In this document: in pieces, positions 1-11,835 of the stretch
Position numbering within the stretch: position 1 is the first letter of the stretch
How the letters are laid out: every line of letters starts with the position of its first letter
Source: Octopus sinensis
Lineage: Eukaryota
Length of the DNA: 64,000 bases
NCBI RefSeq assembly: GCF_006345805.1
Contig: NC_042999.1
Location: forward strand, 154,876,001 to 154,940,000
Reading direction: 5' to 3'
Made by a program: the position numbers and the translations under genes
Notes under the pieces: generated by a model
What the model saw: the letters and a program-made list of their open reading frames with translations, nothing else
What the model was told of the DNA's origin: nothing
Databases searched by the model: none

Positions 1-34
1 TTACTGCCACATTTACTAGCCACATTAATGGATG

Positions 35-399
35 CATTCCGTCGGTTACGACGATGAGGGTTCCGGTTGATCCGAATCAACGGAACAGCCTGCTCGTGAA
101 ATTAACGTGTAAGTGGCTGAGCACTCCACAGACACGAGTACCCTTAACGTAGTTCTCGGGGATATTCAGCGTGACACAGGGAGTGACAAGGCCGGCCCTT
201 TGAAGTACAGGTACAACAGAAACAGGAAGTAAGAGTGAGAGAAAGTTGTGGTGAAAGAGTACAGCAGGGATCACCACCATCCCCTGCCGGAGCCTCGTGG
301 AGCTTTAGGTGTTTTCGCTCAATAAACACTCAGAACGCCCGGTCTGGGATCCTATGACCGCGAGTCCGCTGCCCTAACCACTGGGCCATTGCGACTCCA
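35..399 (-). mobile_element. tRNA-derived SINE family S1
   Basis: A/B-box head (tggcccagtggttag...), ~370 bp. Other copies at 15486-15862(-), 33581-33962(-), 38150-38442(-), 43713-44091(-), 44198-44560(+), 45072-45432(-), with variants at 62703-63020(+) and 63590-63866(-). Confidence 0.85.
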
Positions 400-1525
400 C
401 TAGCCACATTAATATTGATTAGACTAAGAAAGACGAAAACACTTACCACCATGGAGGAATAAATGGAGGAATATCACAAGTGTGTGGCTAAGTGGTTAAA
501 GAGCTTACTTCCCAACCACAGGGTTTGGGGTTCGGTCCCATTGTATAGCACCCTAGGCAAGCGTCTTCGACTTGAGCCCAGGTCGACCAAAAGTCTTGTG
601 AGTGGATCTGGTAGTCAGAAGCCGAAAAAAGCCCATATATATATATCTCTTATTATAAAAGGCAGATTTTATCTGCCTCCCTTTGTAACTTATAGAAATC
701 TACAATATACGATTTCTTCAATTACAATTTACCTAGCATTTTTAAGAGTAGAATGCATCGGGTCATGCCAGGTCCAGTTTTTAAAATTTAAACTCTAATT
801 AAGCAAAATTTACAGAAAACTCACATTCTGGTGTGTATGTCAAATGCTTTTCTTAGTCTGGTTTACAGCACACGCAAACGCACACACACAGTGTGCAACG
901 AATAAAGTGAAACTAGATGTAATATTTAAAAAGAAAGCAGCAAACAGAAACAAATAAATACATAATGATTTACTCCTCACACAATTTCTTCAATTAGACT
1001 TTACCTATGATTTTTCAAAGAACTTTCATTGGTTCATGCCATACAAAATTTCTTTCAATTTCACCCCCAATTAAGACAAAATTCGAGAAAACTCAATATT
1101 TTAACATTTCACTTTGAAGCCTTTACTCTGCCTATTACTCCCACTTCCTCTTTAGACACATAGACACGCTAATATATACGACAGTGTCAATTGTTGACAG
1201 ACATTGTAAGCTAACGTGTGTGTGTGTGTGTGTGTGCGTGTGTGTCTGTGTGTGTGTGTGCGTGTGTGTGAGGGTGCGTGTGTGTGTGTGTGTGTGTGTG
1301 ATAGGGACGACCCATTCAGACTGGTCATCCTTTTTGCTAGAAGATCACCTATGCTACACCACTGGTTTTCAGTTCATATTAATCAAATTAATATTCACAA
1401 GAAGAAGGACTATTCATTATAATACATCAGTTCCATCGGACAACTGCACAAACATTTGCCATTTTACACATGTATGTAAACAAATTCCTTTCTTTTAGAA
1501 TTTCAATTCATTTACTTTTTCAATT

Positions 1526-2347
1526 CATACAAAGTTATTTAGGACGAATATAACATCTAAAGTTATCTCTAAGAAGCAGAAAGATCGCCCAAAAGTGTAT
1601 ATAGATATTTAAATGTATTCATATATTCATCTATACACACATGTATGTATAACGTGTGTGTATATATTTCCATAGAGGTAACCATTCACTCCGCACAAAG
1701 TTTTTTAGGACGAAAATAACATCTAAAGTTATCTTTAAGTAGCAGTCACCCAAAAGTGTATATAGACACACACATGTATGTATAATGTGTGTGTATATAT
1801 TTCCATAGAGGTAACCATTCACTCCATACAAAGTTATTTAGGACGAATATAAGATCTAAAGTTATCTCTAAGAAACAGAAAGATCGCCCAAAAGTGTATA
1901 TAGATATTTAAATGTATTTATATATTCATCTATACACACAAGTATGTATAATGTGTGTGTATATATTTCCATACACGTAACCATTCACTCCATACAAAGT
2001 TTTTTAGGACGAAAATAACATCTAAAGTTATTTCTAAGAAGCAGAAAGATCGTCCAAAAGTGTATATAGATATTTAAATGTATTTATATATTCATCTATG
2101 CACACATGTATGTATAATGTGTGTGTATATATTTCCATACACGTAACCATTCACTCCGCACAAAGTTTTTTAGGACGAAAATAACATCTAAAGTTATCTC
2201 TAAGAAGCAGAAAGATCGTCCAAAAGTGTATATAGATATTTAAATGTATTTATATATTCATCTATGCACACATGTATGTATAATGTGTGTGTATATATTT
2301 CCATAGAGGTAACCATTCAATCCATACAAAGTTTTTTAGGACGAAAA
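1526..2347. repeat. 166-bp tandem repeat (~5 units) inside Helitron copy 1
   Basis: Anchor aaagtt(a/t)tttaggacga at about 1531, 1697, 1830, 1996, 2162 and 2328. One unit has a 33-bp deletion. Confidence 0.9.
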
Positions 2348-2594
2348 TCTTTATATATAAAAGAAAGGTTGTGTGTCTGTCTACTCCGATTTAGATTCCT
2401 AACAACTCCCACATTTTGCGATGCAGTTTAACCAAAACCGAGTATCTTATAGTCGTGATTCATATCGAGCCCTTCTGGGTATTAGCGCGCGTCTACGATG
2501 AGTCTACGATTTTAAAAATGATTTATCATCATTTTTTCCCATTTTAATGCATTTTTTAAAATTAAGGGAAGTAACTCTCAATCTTCACACCAAT

Positions 2595-3107
2595 ATGCGT
2601 GCTCATATGCGACGTAATATCACATCAGCAGCAGTTCCTCACGCCCTCATTGCACTTGGCGAAGGCAAAATACCAGGGGATGAAAATGGTAATATTGCCA
2701 TCGATTCCATTTGTACCATTGTTAAGACGCCTTCTGATGCAGTGTTCCAAGATCTACAAGCTAATTATCAGAATATGGATTGGATTGGCAAAAAGGCTAT
2801 ACTGGCCCCGAGGAATAAAACTGTTCACCATATTAATGATGAAATGCTAAAACTCATTCCTGGGGAAGTCTATGTATATCAGTCTATCGATACAACTCCT
2901 GACCCAGAGGACGTCATCAACTATCCAATAGAGGTACTCAATTCCTTTGAGCACCCCGGACTACCACCACACATTCTCAAACTTAAAGTTGGTGCCCCTA
3001 TAATGCTCATCAGAAATTTGGTTCCCCCAAAACAATGCAATGGCACACGTTTGATCGTTAAGTCCTTATCTCCCAGCGTAAACTTATATCAATATTTGCC
3101 TGAATAA
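2595..3107 (+). pseudogene. Helitron PIF1-type helicase fragment
   Basis: Motifs NMRAH, KKAILAPRNKTVHHIN, YQSIDT and LNSFEHPGLPPHILKLKVGAPIMLIRNL...CNGTRLIVKSL. Truncated at both ends. Confidence 0.85.
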
Positions 3108-3551
3108 TCATCATAATTCAGTGCAATCATTAACAGTACTTTCAAGTAATTCAGCCCCGAGCAACGCCGGGCAATTCTGCTAGTCTTATTATAAAAGGCA
3201 GATTTTATCTGCCTCCCTTTGTCAGTTATAGAAATCTACAATATAGGATTTCTTCAATTACAATTTACTTAGCATTTTTAAGAGTAGACTGCATCGGGTT
3301 TTGCCAGGTCCACTTTTTAAAATTTAAACTCCAATTAAGCAAAATTTACAGAAAACTCACATTCTGGTGTGTATGTCAAATGCTTTTCTTAATGTGGTTT
3401 ACACCACACGCACACGCACACACACAGTGTGCAAAGAATAAAATGAAAGTAATTCACCTTCTGTAGTGAGTGACTCTTTCAGTCTGCCACTTCCTCTTTA
3501 CACACATAGACACGCAAATATATAAATAAAATTGTAAGCTAACGTGCGTGT

Positions 3552-3588
<37 letters not shown>

Positions 3589-3654
3589 CGTGTGCGTGCG
3601 TGTGCGTGAGTGTGTGACAGGAAAGTTTTTTAGGACGAATATAAGACCTATATC

Positions 3655-3810
3655 GGCGATGTTTCGCTTGTCGTAGCACAGGTTTCCGTCGATTTCCGTA
3701 AAAAACTTTTATTTTTTTACATAAGTAATGAGAGCGAAAGAGACTAAGAGAAAGCGATTGTATGACGAGGGAAGTTCTTTTGAAGTTACCGTGCTTGGGA
3801 CGCATTGATG

Positions 3811-3846
<36 letters not shown>

Positions 3847-4113
3847 ATGGAGTGTGGGAGACAGACAGTATGTTGTGTAAGTGAAGTGCTTCTGTTAGTG
3901 TGTGTGAAGAGACAGAGAGAGTAATGTGTGAAAGAGAGAGATAACTGAAATTTTTTACTCGGTTTATGTGTATATGTATGTATGCATGTATGTGTGTGTG
4001 TGTGTATGTATGTGTGTGTGTATGTATGTATGTATGTATGTATGGCCGATTCAGTGTTTACATTTTTTACGGAAATCGACGGAAACGTGTGCTACGACAA
4101 GCGAAACATCGCC
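3655..4113. mobile_element. Non-autonomous TIR element (MITE), Merlin-like
   Basis: ~50-bp TIRs ggcgatgtttcgcttgtcgtagcac... / ...gtgctacgacaagcgaaacatcgcc. Exact 8-bp TSD cctatatc (3647-3654, 4114-4121). The 5'-GG start with an 8-bp TSD fits Merlin. Confidence 0.75.
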
Positions 4114-4121
4114 CCTATATC

Positions 4122-4600
4122 CAAGTAGCAGAAAGTTCGCCCAAAAGTGTATATAGATATTTAAATGTATTTATATATTCATCTATACACAGATGTATGT
4201 ATAATGTGTGTGTATATATTTCCATACACGTAACCATTCACTCCGCACAAAGTTTTTTAGGACGAAAATAAGATCTAAAGTTATCTGTAAGTAGCACAGA
4301 GATCGCCCAAAAGTGTATATAGATATATAAATGTATTTATATATTCATCTATGCACACATGTATGTATAATGTGTGTGTATATATTTCCATAGAGGTAAC
4401 CTTTCACTCCATACAAAGTCTTTTAGCACGAAAATAAGATCTAAAGTTATCTCTAAGAAACAGAAAGATCGCCCAAAAGTGTATATAGATATTTAAATGT
4501 ATTTATATATTCATCTATACACACATGTATGTATAATGTGCGTGTATATATTTCCATAGAGGTAACCATTCAATCCATACAAAGTTTTTTAGGACGAAAA
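4122..4600. repeat. 166-bp tandem repeat (~3 units) inside Helitron copy 2
   Basis: Anchors at about 4249, 4415 and 4581. Confidence 0.9.
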
Positions 4601-4849
4601 TATTTATATATAAAAGAAAGGTTGTGTGTCTGTCTACTCCGATTTAGATTCCTAACTACTCCCACATTTTGCAATGCAGTTTAACCAAAACCGGGTATCT
4701 TATAGTCGTGATTCATATCGAGCCCTTCTGGGTATTAGCGCGCGTCTACGATGAGTCTATGATTTTACAAATAATTTACCATCATTTTTTTCCATTTTAA
4801 TGCATATTTTTTAAAATAAACGGAAGTAACTCTCAAACTTCACACCAAT

Positions 4850-5371
4850 ATGCGTGCTCATATGCGACGTAATATCACATCAGCAACATTTCCTCACACC
4901 CTCCTTGCACTTGACGAAGGCAAAATACCAGGGGATGAAAATGGTAATATTGCCATCGATTCCATTTGTACCATTGTTAAGACGCCTTCTGATCTCAGAG
5001 ATGCAGTGTTCCCAGATCTACAAGCTAATTATCAGAATATGGATTGGATTGGCAAAAAGGCTATACTGGCCCCGAGGAATAAAACTGTTCACCATATTAA
5101 TGATGAAATGCTAAAACTCATTCCTGGGGAAGTCTATGTATATCAGTCTATCGATACAACTCCTGACCCAGAGGACGTCATCAACTATCCAATAGAGGTA
5201 CTCAATTCCTTTGAGCACCCCGGACTACCACCACACATTCTCAAACTTAAAGTTGGTGCCCCTATAATGCTCATCAGAAATTTGGTTCCCCCAAAACAAT
5301 GCAATGGCACACGTTTGATCGTTAAGTCCTTATCTCCCACCTTAAGCTTATATCAATATTTGCCTGAATAA
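4850..5371 (+). pseudogene. Helitron PIF1-type helicase fragment (duplicate)
   Basis: Near-identical to 2595-3107. Confidence 0.85.
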
Positions 5372-5453
5372 TCATCATAATTCAGTGCAATCATTAACAG
5401 TACTTTCAAGCAATTCAGCCCCGAGCAACGCCGGGCAATTCTGCTAGTATATA

Positions 5454-5649
5454 TATAAAATAATATGTTACATTACTCAATAGTCAAGATAAAACTCTGA
5501 GTTTCAGATGCCGAAGTGGAAATCCACAACACCATCTCTTCGGTTATCTGGCCAGATAACCGAAGAGATGGTGTTGTGGATTTCCACTTCGGCATCTGAA
5601 ACTCAGAGTTTTATCTTGACTATTGAGTAATGTAACATATTATTTTATA
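5454..5649. repeat. 196-bp spacerless perfect palindrome containing a hammerhead-like motif in each arm
   Basis: Centre tctgg|ccaga at 5551/5552. Arms are complementary out to 5454/5649. Confidence 0.9.
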
Positions 5650-5703
5650 GATGAATTTCCTCTTAATATTGAGGTCTCTTTCTTTGTTATCTTACCGTTT
5701 TTA

Positions 5704-5773
<70 letters not shown>

Positions 5774-5915
5774 ACTTATAAAATAAGGGTAAAAGAAAAA
5801 AATTCTTATGCCAAATATGCCGAAAATAGACAAATTGTCAATAGCCATTATAATTTATCACAATTAACATGCGTCCCGAAACAAACCAATAGAAATTTCT
5901 AAATATATATATATA

Positions 5916-6288
5916 TCTCTATATATAAACGGCAGTTTGTCTGTGCGTGTTTCTGTGTGTCTGTTTGGTTGTACCTTCACCCTGACCACGGCTTTCAACC
6001 GATTCTGATGAAACTTGACACACACATAGCCCAATGTCATAATTCAAAACTAACGCAGCGAAAATTTTGAAAAGTTCCCCCAGTTCTGAAAAAAATCGAT
6101 AAATTCGACATGGGGTCCAGAATCAGAAACACAAACTGTCTAGGGGACGCAACTCCACCTTTTTTAACTAAAAAAAAAATTACCATCATTTTTTTCCATT
6201 TTTTTGCTATTTTTTGGCTATAACTCTCTAAAAATGCTTTATAGTTATTTCCCTTACAAACCTGAGCAACGCCGGGCGATACTGCTAG
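5916..6288 (+). mobile_element. Mini non-autonomous Helitron
   Basis: Starts TC (tctctatatataaacggc), ends cctgagcaacgccgggcgatactgCTAG. Inserted at A|T in a (TA)n tract. Confidence 0.8.
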
Positions 6289-6508
6289 TATATATATAAA
6301 ACTTATAAAATAAGGGTAAAAGAAGAAAATTCTTACGCCAAATATGCCGAAAATAGACAAATAGTCAATAGCCATTATAATTTATCACAATTAACATGCG
6401 TCTCGAAACAAACCAATAGAAATTTTTAAATATATATATATGGTGGTGCTATTAAGTTAGACATGGCCTGGGCCAATAATGGCCGAAACCTATCAAAGTA
6501 TCAAAGTA

Positions 6509-7804
6509 TCTCTTATTATAAAAGGCAGATTTTATCTGCCTCCCTTTGTCTCTTATAGAAATCTACAATATAGGATTTCTTCAATTACAATTTACCTAGC
6601 ATTTTTAAGAGTAGAATGCATCGGGTCGTGCCAGGTCCAGTTTTTCAAATTTCAACCCCAATTAAGCAAAATTTAGAGAAAACTCACATTGTGGTGTGTA
6701 AGTGAAGTGCTTTTCTTAGTGTGGGCTACAGCACACGCACACGCACACACACACAAACGGAGTGAACTGCTTCACTGACGCTATCACCCTAATTTCTCCT
6801 CCTTTTTGTAGTGAGTGACTGAGAGAGAAAAGAGAGAGAGAGGTTATGTATGTATATATGTATGTATGGCTTCAGTGACACACACACAAAAACACATACC
6901 TACGTACACCTAAAGCACGCACACACACACACACAAGCGGAGCGCGAACTTCAAAAGAACTTCGCGCGCTATCTATCTGGTTTGCCATTCCTCACACACA
7001 CGCAGCCACATACATATATGACAGTGACAAACACAAACGTTTCAAACAACTACATACACACATACATACATACACACATACATACATACACACATACAGA
7101 CACGTGTGTGTTTGTTATTTGTAAAAAAGGCGCCGAACACAACTCGCTTCTCATTCGAACACATTTGCAAAAGCACACCGACGGTCGAATTGCCATAACA
7201 ATACAGAAAAGGTAAATTGGTTTTTAATTTACTTTCTGTCGTTAAATTTTGGTAGTATTAATTGGCGAGCGTACTTCTGTTGTCAATTGTTGACAGAAAG
7301 AAATTGTAAGCTAATAAGGTGTGTGTGTGTGTGTGTGTAGGAAGTGAAGGATAAAAATATTGCAAGAAGTGGACAGATGTACATATATACATCCATACAT
7401 ACATGTGTGTGTGTGTCTATGTATGTGTATTAATGTGTGTGTGTTATCTCTATATAAAGCTGAAGTTGTCTGTGTGCGTCGCGTTTGGTAACCTTCAACT
7501 AACACTATCTCCTCCGAGACCCTGCGGCGCAAGTTGACCAAAATTGAGAGTATGATAGAAGAAGGGTTGCTCTTCCTTCCGTAGTACATAAAATTCAAAT
7601 CGGACCATGTTAACACCAAAAATTATTTACATCAAAAAGCTGCTTTTTTCTATGAAAATCCCTATTTTTTACGATTTTTTCACTGCTGTGTCGCCACTTT
7701 TCGGTGTATTTCGACCAGAAAAATGTTCACAAAATTTTTACTTTTCAAAATTACAATTCCAGCGGGTCGAAACAAACCCGAGCAACGCCGGGCGATACTG
7801 CTAG
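6509..7804 (+). mobile_element. Composite Helitron (A-type head plus nested mini Helitron 7447-7804)
   Basis: Head tctcttattataaaaggcag at 6509, second TC head at 7447, hairpin and CTAG at 7801-7804. Confidence 0.7.
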
Positions 7805-7966
7805 TATATATATATAAAGAAGTGGTCCTTTTGAAGCACATCTGCTTATTTCAGTATTCCGAATCAGTATATAGATGTAAAATTTGTGTGAAATGCGCAT
7901 AAAAGTTGAAAATACTGAAAAATATTTTCTGCAGCGTAATAATATCAAAATAGGCGGTCGGGAAAA

Positions 7967-8319
7967 TCTCTCTATATATAAACGGCAAAATGTCTGTGTG
8001 CGTGTCCTTTATACAAATCCACAATTTTTCAGTTATAGGGCTCGCACTTTCTATGGTCATTCAAAACCGTCCAAGGGTGGTCGTGCACATCTTTACATTT
8101 CCCCAGTCACCCCGCAAAGCCATTAAAAAATTAATAGAAGTGACTTTTTTTGTGAATTTTCTATTCAAAACCCAATCAAAATGCCCGAATATTGAATGCC
8201 AGCTAGCTGTATGTGATTGATCGGAGATTTGGACAGCACTCGCGTGTATGTGCGCACGCACGCAGCTGTATATGCATGCACTAGCACTATGACCCAGCAA
8301 CGCCGGGTCATAGTGCTAG
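7967..8319 (+). mobile_element. Mini non-autonomous Helitron with extended 3' hairpin
   Basis: Head tctctctatatataaacggc. Ends gacccagcaacgccgggtcatagtgCTAG, followed by T. Confidence 0.75.
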
Positions 8320-8601
8320 TTATTCACTATTAGATTTGCTAATAGGAGTTACAAAACTGTGCAAGTTGTAGAAAACATGTAAGATTTCTCAAATGAAGAA
8401 TTCTTCAGGCAGAGAATCAAATAATTTATAATTTGATTCTCTGCCTGAAGAATATATAATAGGAGATATCTTACATACATTTTTACAACATATCCGATTT
8501 CGTATCTCCTATTAGCAAACGAAACACGTGTAATGGTGATTAAATAATAATCACAAATCTTCCAATCTCCTATTTTAATATGTGTGTGCGTGTATGTGTG
8601 C

Positions 8602-8632
<31 letters not shown>

Positions 8633-8899
8633 CATATAAGGGTAAGGGCTATGGAAAATAGGTCCCAACGAACTCCGACTGACCAGTGTAAACATTGGGA
8701 AAATGAATATTTTTGTCAAATCACATACGCATGTATCAATATGCATATATGAATAGTGATGCATATAACCTCTACATGCAAAAGAGACTAAACAGAACAT
8801 CTAGCCATCACCCACCCACACTCACACACGCATTCGCACACATACCCACACGTACGCATTCACACCTGTACACATACACTCTTAAACATGCACTTATAC

Positions 8900-9790
8900 G
8901 CAGGGTACGGTGAATAAGATGTTGTCTTAATTACGCAAAAATGAACTTAACACTGACATGTCATTTTAACAGATATTTATCAAAATGATATAAAATATCT
9001 CGAAATGCTAAAGAGCAGGAGTGGCTGTGTGGTAAGTAGCTTGTTTACCAACCGCATGGTTCCGGGTTCAGTCCCACTGCGTGGCACCTTGAGCAAGTGT
9101 CTTCTACTATAGCCTCGGGCCGACCAAAGCCTTGTGAGTGGATTTGGTAGACGGAAACTGAAAGAAGCCTGTCGTATATATGTATATATGTGTGTGTGTG
9201 TGTGTATTTGTGTGTCTGTGTTTGTCCCCCTAGCATTGCTTGACAACCGATGCTGGTGTGTTTACGTCCCCGTCACTTAGCGGTTCGGCAAAAGAGACCG
9301 ATAGAATAAGTACTGGGCTTACAAAGAATAAGTCCCGGGGTCGATATGGTCGACTAAAGGCGGTGCTCCAGCATGGCCGCAGTCAAATGACTGAAACAAG
9401 TAAAAGAGTAAAAGAGAGAGTCCTTTTGCCAGATTTATAGAGCCTTTCAACAGACACCCTCTTGATCCAGGGCAGCGCTACCTCCTCCAAGCACTTGACG
9501 AACGCCTCCGTGTTGAGTCTGAGGCCGTGTGGGAAGATGAATAAAGGCATAACGTCGTCATCACTAGCGACCACTCCAAACATCATGATGTTGGTTGGTT
9601 GTTTGATTTTTATCACTTTCAGTACATGTCCTCAGACTTCATTGTCCGCAGATTGACACCCAAACACTCTGAAATGTTCGCGAATGCAAAGCAGTACAGC
9701 ATGTCGTATCCAAATTTCTGGCAGAGTAAACTGCGTCATGGTGTTGGGTTTTTTTTTTTATAGCGGGTGCCCAATTGACCCTACAATACT
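8900..9790 (-). mobile_element. Tc1/mariner relic interrupted by a SINE
   Basis: Transposase-like MMFGVVASDDDVMPLFIFPHGLRLNTEAFVKCLEEVALPWIK (9420-9616). The cagggtacggtgaataa end at ~8901 resembles the sequence at 15965. Confidence 0.55.
9013..9417 (+). mobile_element. tRNA-derived SINE family S2 (internal TA/GT microsatellite, gtaaaaga tail)
   Basis: Head gtggctgtgtggtaag...gggttcagtccc. Full or partial copies at about 470, 12140, 16030, 16710, 19890, 24530, 30190, 30650, 30985, 32355, 34030, 35580, 35975, 37640, 42610, 43215, 48058, 49080 and 51400. Confidence 0.85.
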
Positions 9791-9838
9791 GTGTAGTCGA
9801 CAAAATCAAAAACAAAATGCATGTGCGAAATTGAATAT

Positions 9839-9877
<39 letters not shown>

Positions 9878-10077
9878 GTGAATGTGTGCATGTGTACATT
9901 CGTGAATGCGTATGTGCGCGCGTGTGTATATGTGAATGTGTGCGTGTGTGTAGGAATGGGTGGGTGTTCTAGTGAACGAATCACACAATTACAACTCACA
10001 AAACCACCTCCGGTATTACGAAAATAACACCGTTGGGCAAACACTAGAATACTGAGAAGACATACGCACACACACTG

Positions 10078-10108
<31 letters not shown>

Positions 10109-10157
10109 GCTTCGCACACAGCTTCGCACATAGACCCTCGCTCACACACACAGAGCC

Positions 10158-10705
10158 TCACATACATACGTACATACATACATACATACATACATACATA
10201 CACACATACATACATACGTACGTACATACATACATACATGTTCATGCATGTATGCATACATACATACATACATACACACATACATACATACATACATACG
10301 TACATACATACATACATACATACATACATAATACATACATACATACATACACACATACATACATACATTCATACATACATACATACATACATACATACAT
10401 ACATACATACATACACACATACATACATACATAAATACATACATACATACATACATAAATACATACATACATACATACATACATACATACACACATACAT
10501 ACATACGTACGTACATACATACATACATACATACATACATACATACATACATGTTCATGCATGTATGCATACATACATACATACATACACACATACATAC
10601 ATACATACATACATACGTACATACATACATACATACATACATACATACATACATACATACATACATACATACATACATTCATACATACATACATACATAA
10701 ATACA

Positions 10706-10739
<34 letters not shown>

Positions 10740-10877
10740 CATACGTACATACACACATACATACATACATACATACATACATACATACATACATACATAC
10801 ATACATACGTACATACATACATACATACATACATACGTACATACATACATACATACATACATACATACATACATAAA

Positions 10878-10911
<34 letters not shown>

Positions 10912-11388
10912 CATACGTACATACACACATACATACATACATACATACATACGTACATAAATACATACATACATACATACATACATACATACATACGTAC
11001 ATACATACATACATACACACATACATACATACATACATACATACATACATACATACGTACATAAATACATACATATATACATACATACATACATACATAC
11101 ATACATACATACGTACATACATACATAAATACATACATACATACATACATACATACACATACATACATACATACATACATACATACACACATACATACAT
11201 ACATACGTACATACATACATAAATACATACATACATACATACATACATACACACATACACACATACATACATACATACGTACATACATACATAAATACAT
11301 ACATACATACATACATACATACATACATACACACATACATACATACATACATACATACATACATACATACATACATACACACATACAC
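10158..11388. repeat. ~1.2-kb (TACA)n microsatellite with internal block duplication
   Basis: Direct reading. The marker atgttcatgcatgtatgca recurs at ~10238 and ~10551. Confidence 0.95.
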
Positions 11389-11543
11389 CAGTTGCTAGCA
11401 ACCGTCGACCATAAAAATATGTCTGTCACACGCCGTTCCAATCGAAACTCCACCACCACCATCACCACCACCACCACCACCACCATCACCACCGATGACA
11501 AAAGATTCTCTCTTTCTTTTCACCTAAGGCAGTTTATTTACTA

Positions 11544-11575
<32 letters not shown>

Positions 11576-11777
11576 GCACGAGCTCTCTTTTTTATTATCT
11601 GACAGTTACGCTAGGCGATCTGACTTGGAAGAAATTGTGCGTTCCACTACTTAATGTGAGATAGTGAATAACCAACGCATCAGACTTTAATCGCCAGTTA
11701 CGGCTAAACATTTGACATGTTGATAGTGTTACGCCAGAGACAAGCAAACCGACCTCATACATCAAATTATTAACATC

Positions 11778-11835
11778 ATGAACTTCAACGCGCGTATACT
11801 CCTACTGGCAACATGTTGCGCCAATATTTTCCCAG
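11778..11835 (+). CDS. Probable coding exon 1 (signal peptide) of the GH20 chitobiase-type beta-N-acetylhexosaminidase
   Basis: ATG (catcATGa) then MNFNARILLLATCCANIFP plus one G, followed by a strong donor CAG|GTAAGT. The phase-1 end matches the acceptor at 49359 and gives MNFNARILLLATCCANIFPALVAG|ITQETIDQ, a plausible signal peptide. It lies in a non-repetitive island. The link across 37.5 kb is inferred. Confidence 0.55.

Larger units (their letters stand above)
646..3183 (+). mobile_element. Composite non-autonomous Helitron, copy 1
   Basis: 5' TC end (tctcttattataaaaggcag) inside a TA tract. Internal 166-bp satellite, a second 5'-type end at 2348, and a PIF1 fragment. 3' hairpin cccgagcaacgccggg with terminal CTAG at 3180-3183. 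Confidence 0.8.
3184..5447 (+). mobile_element. Composite non-autonomous Helitron, copy 2 (head-to-tail with copy 1)
   Basis: Begins tcttattataaaaggcag immediately after the previous CTAG. Same modules as copy 1. Ends with hairpin and CTAG at 5444-5447, followed by T. Confidence 0.8.

Noticed and set aside
1526-2347. Regular repeats resembling a CRISPR array
   Set aside because: The 166-bp units are contiguous with no unique spacers, there are no cas genes, and the context is eukaryotic.
2547-5371. Host PIF1 helicase gene
   Set aside because: Only a short internal fragment, duplicated and bounded by Helitron termini.
9781-11501. Long ORFs (up to 419 aa) of MYVC/HTYI repeats
   Set aside because: These are translations of the (TACA)n microsatellite. 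The same applies to the many YIYI, CVCV and HTHT ORFs across the window.
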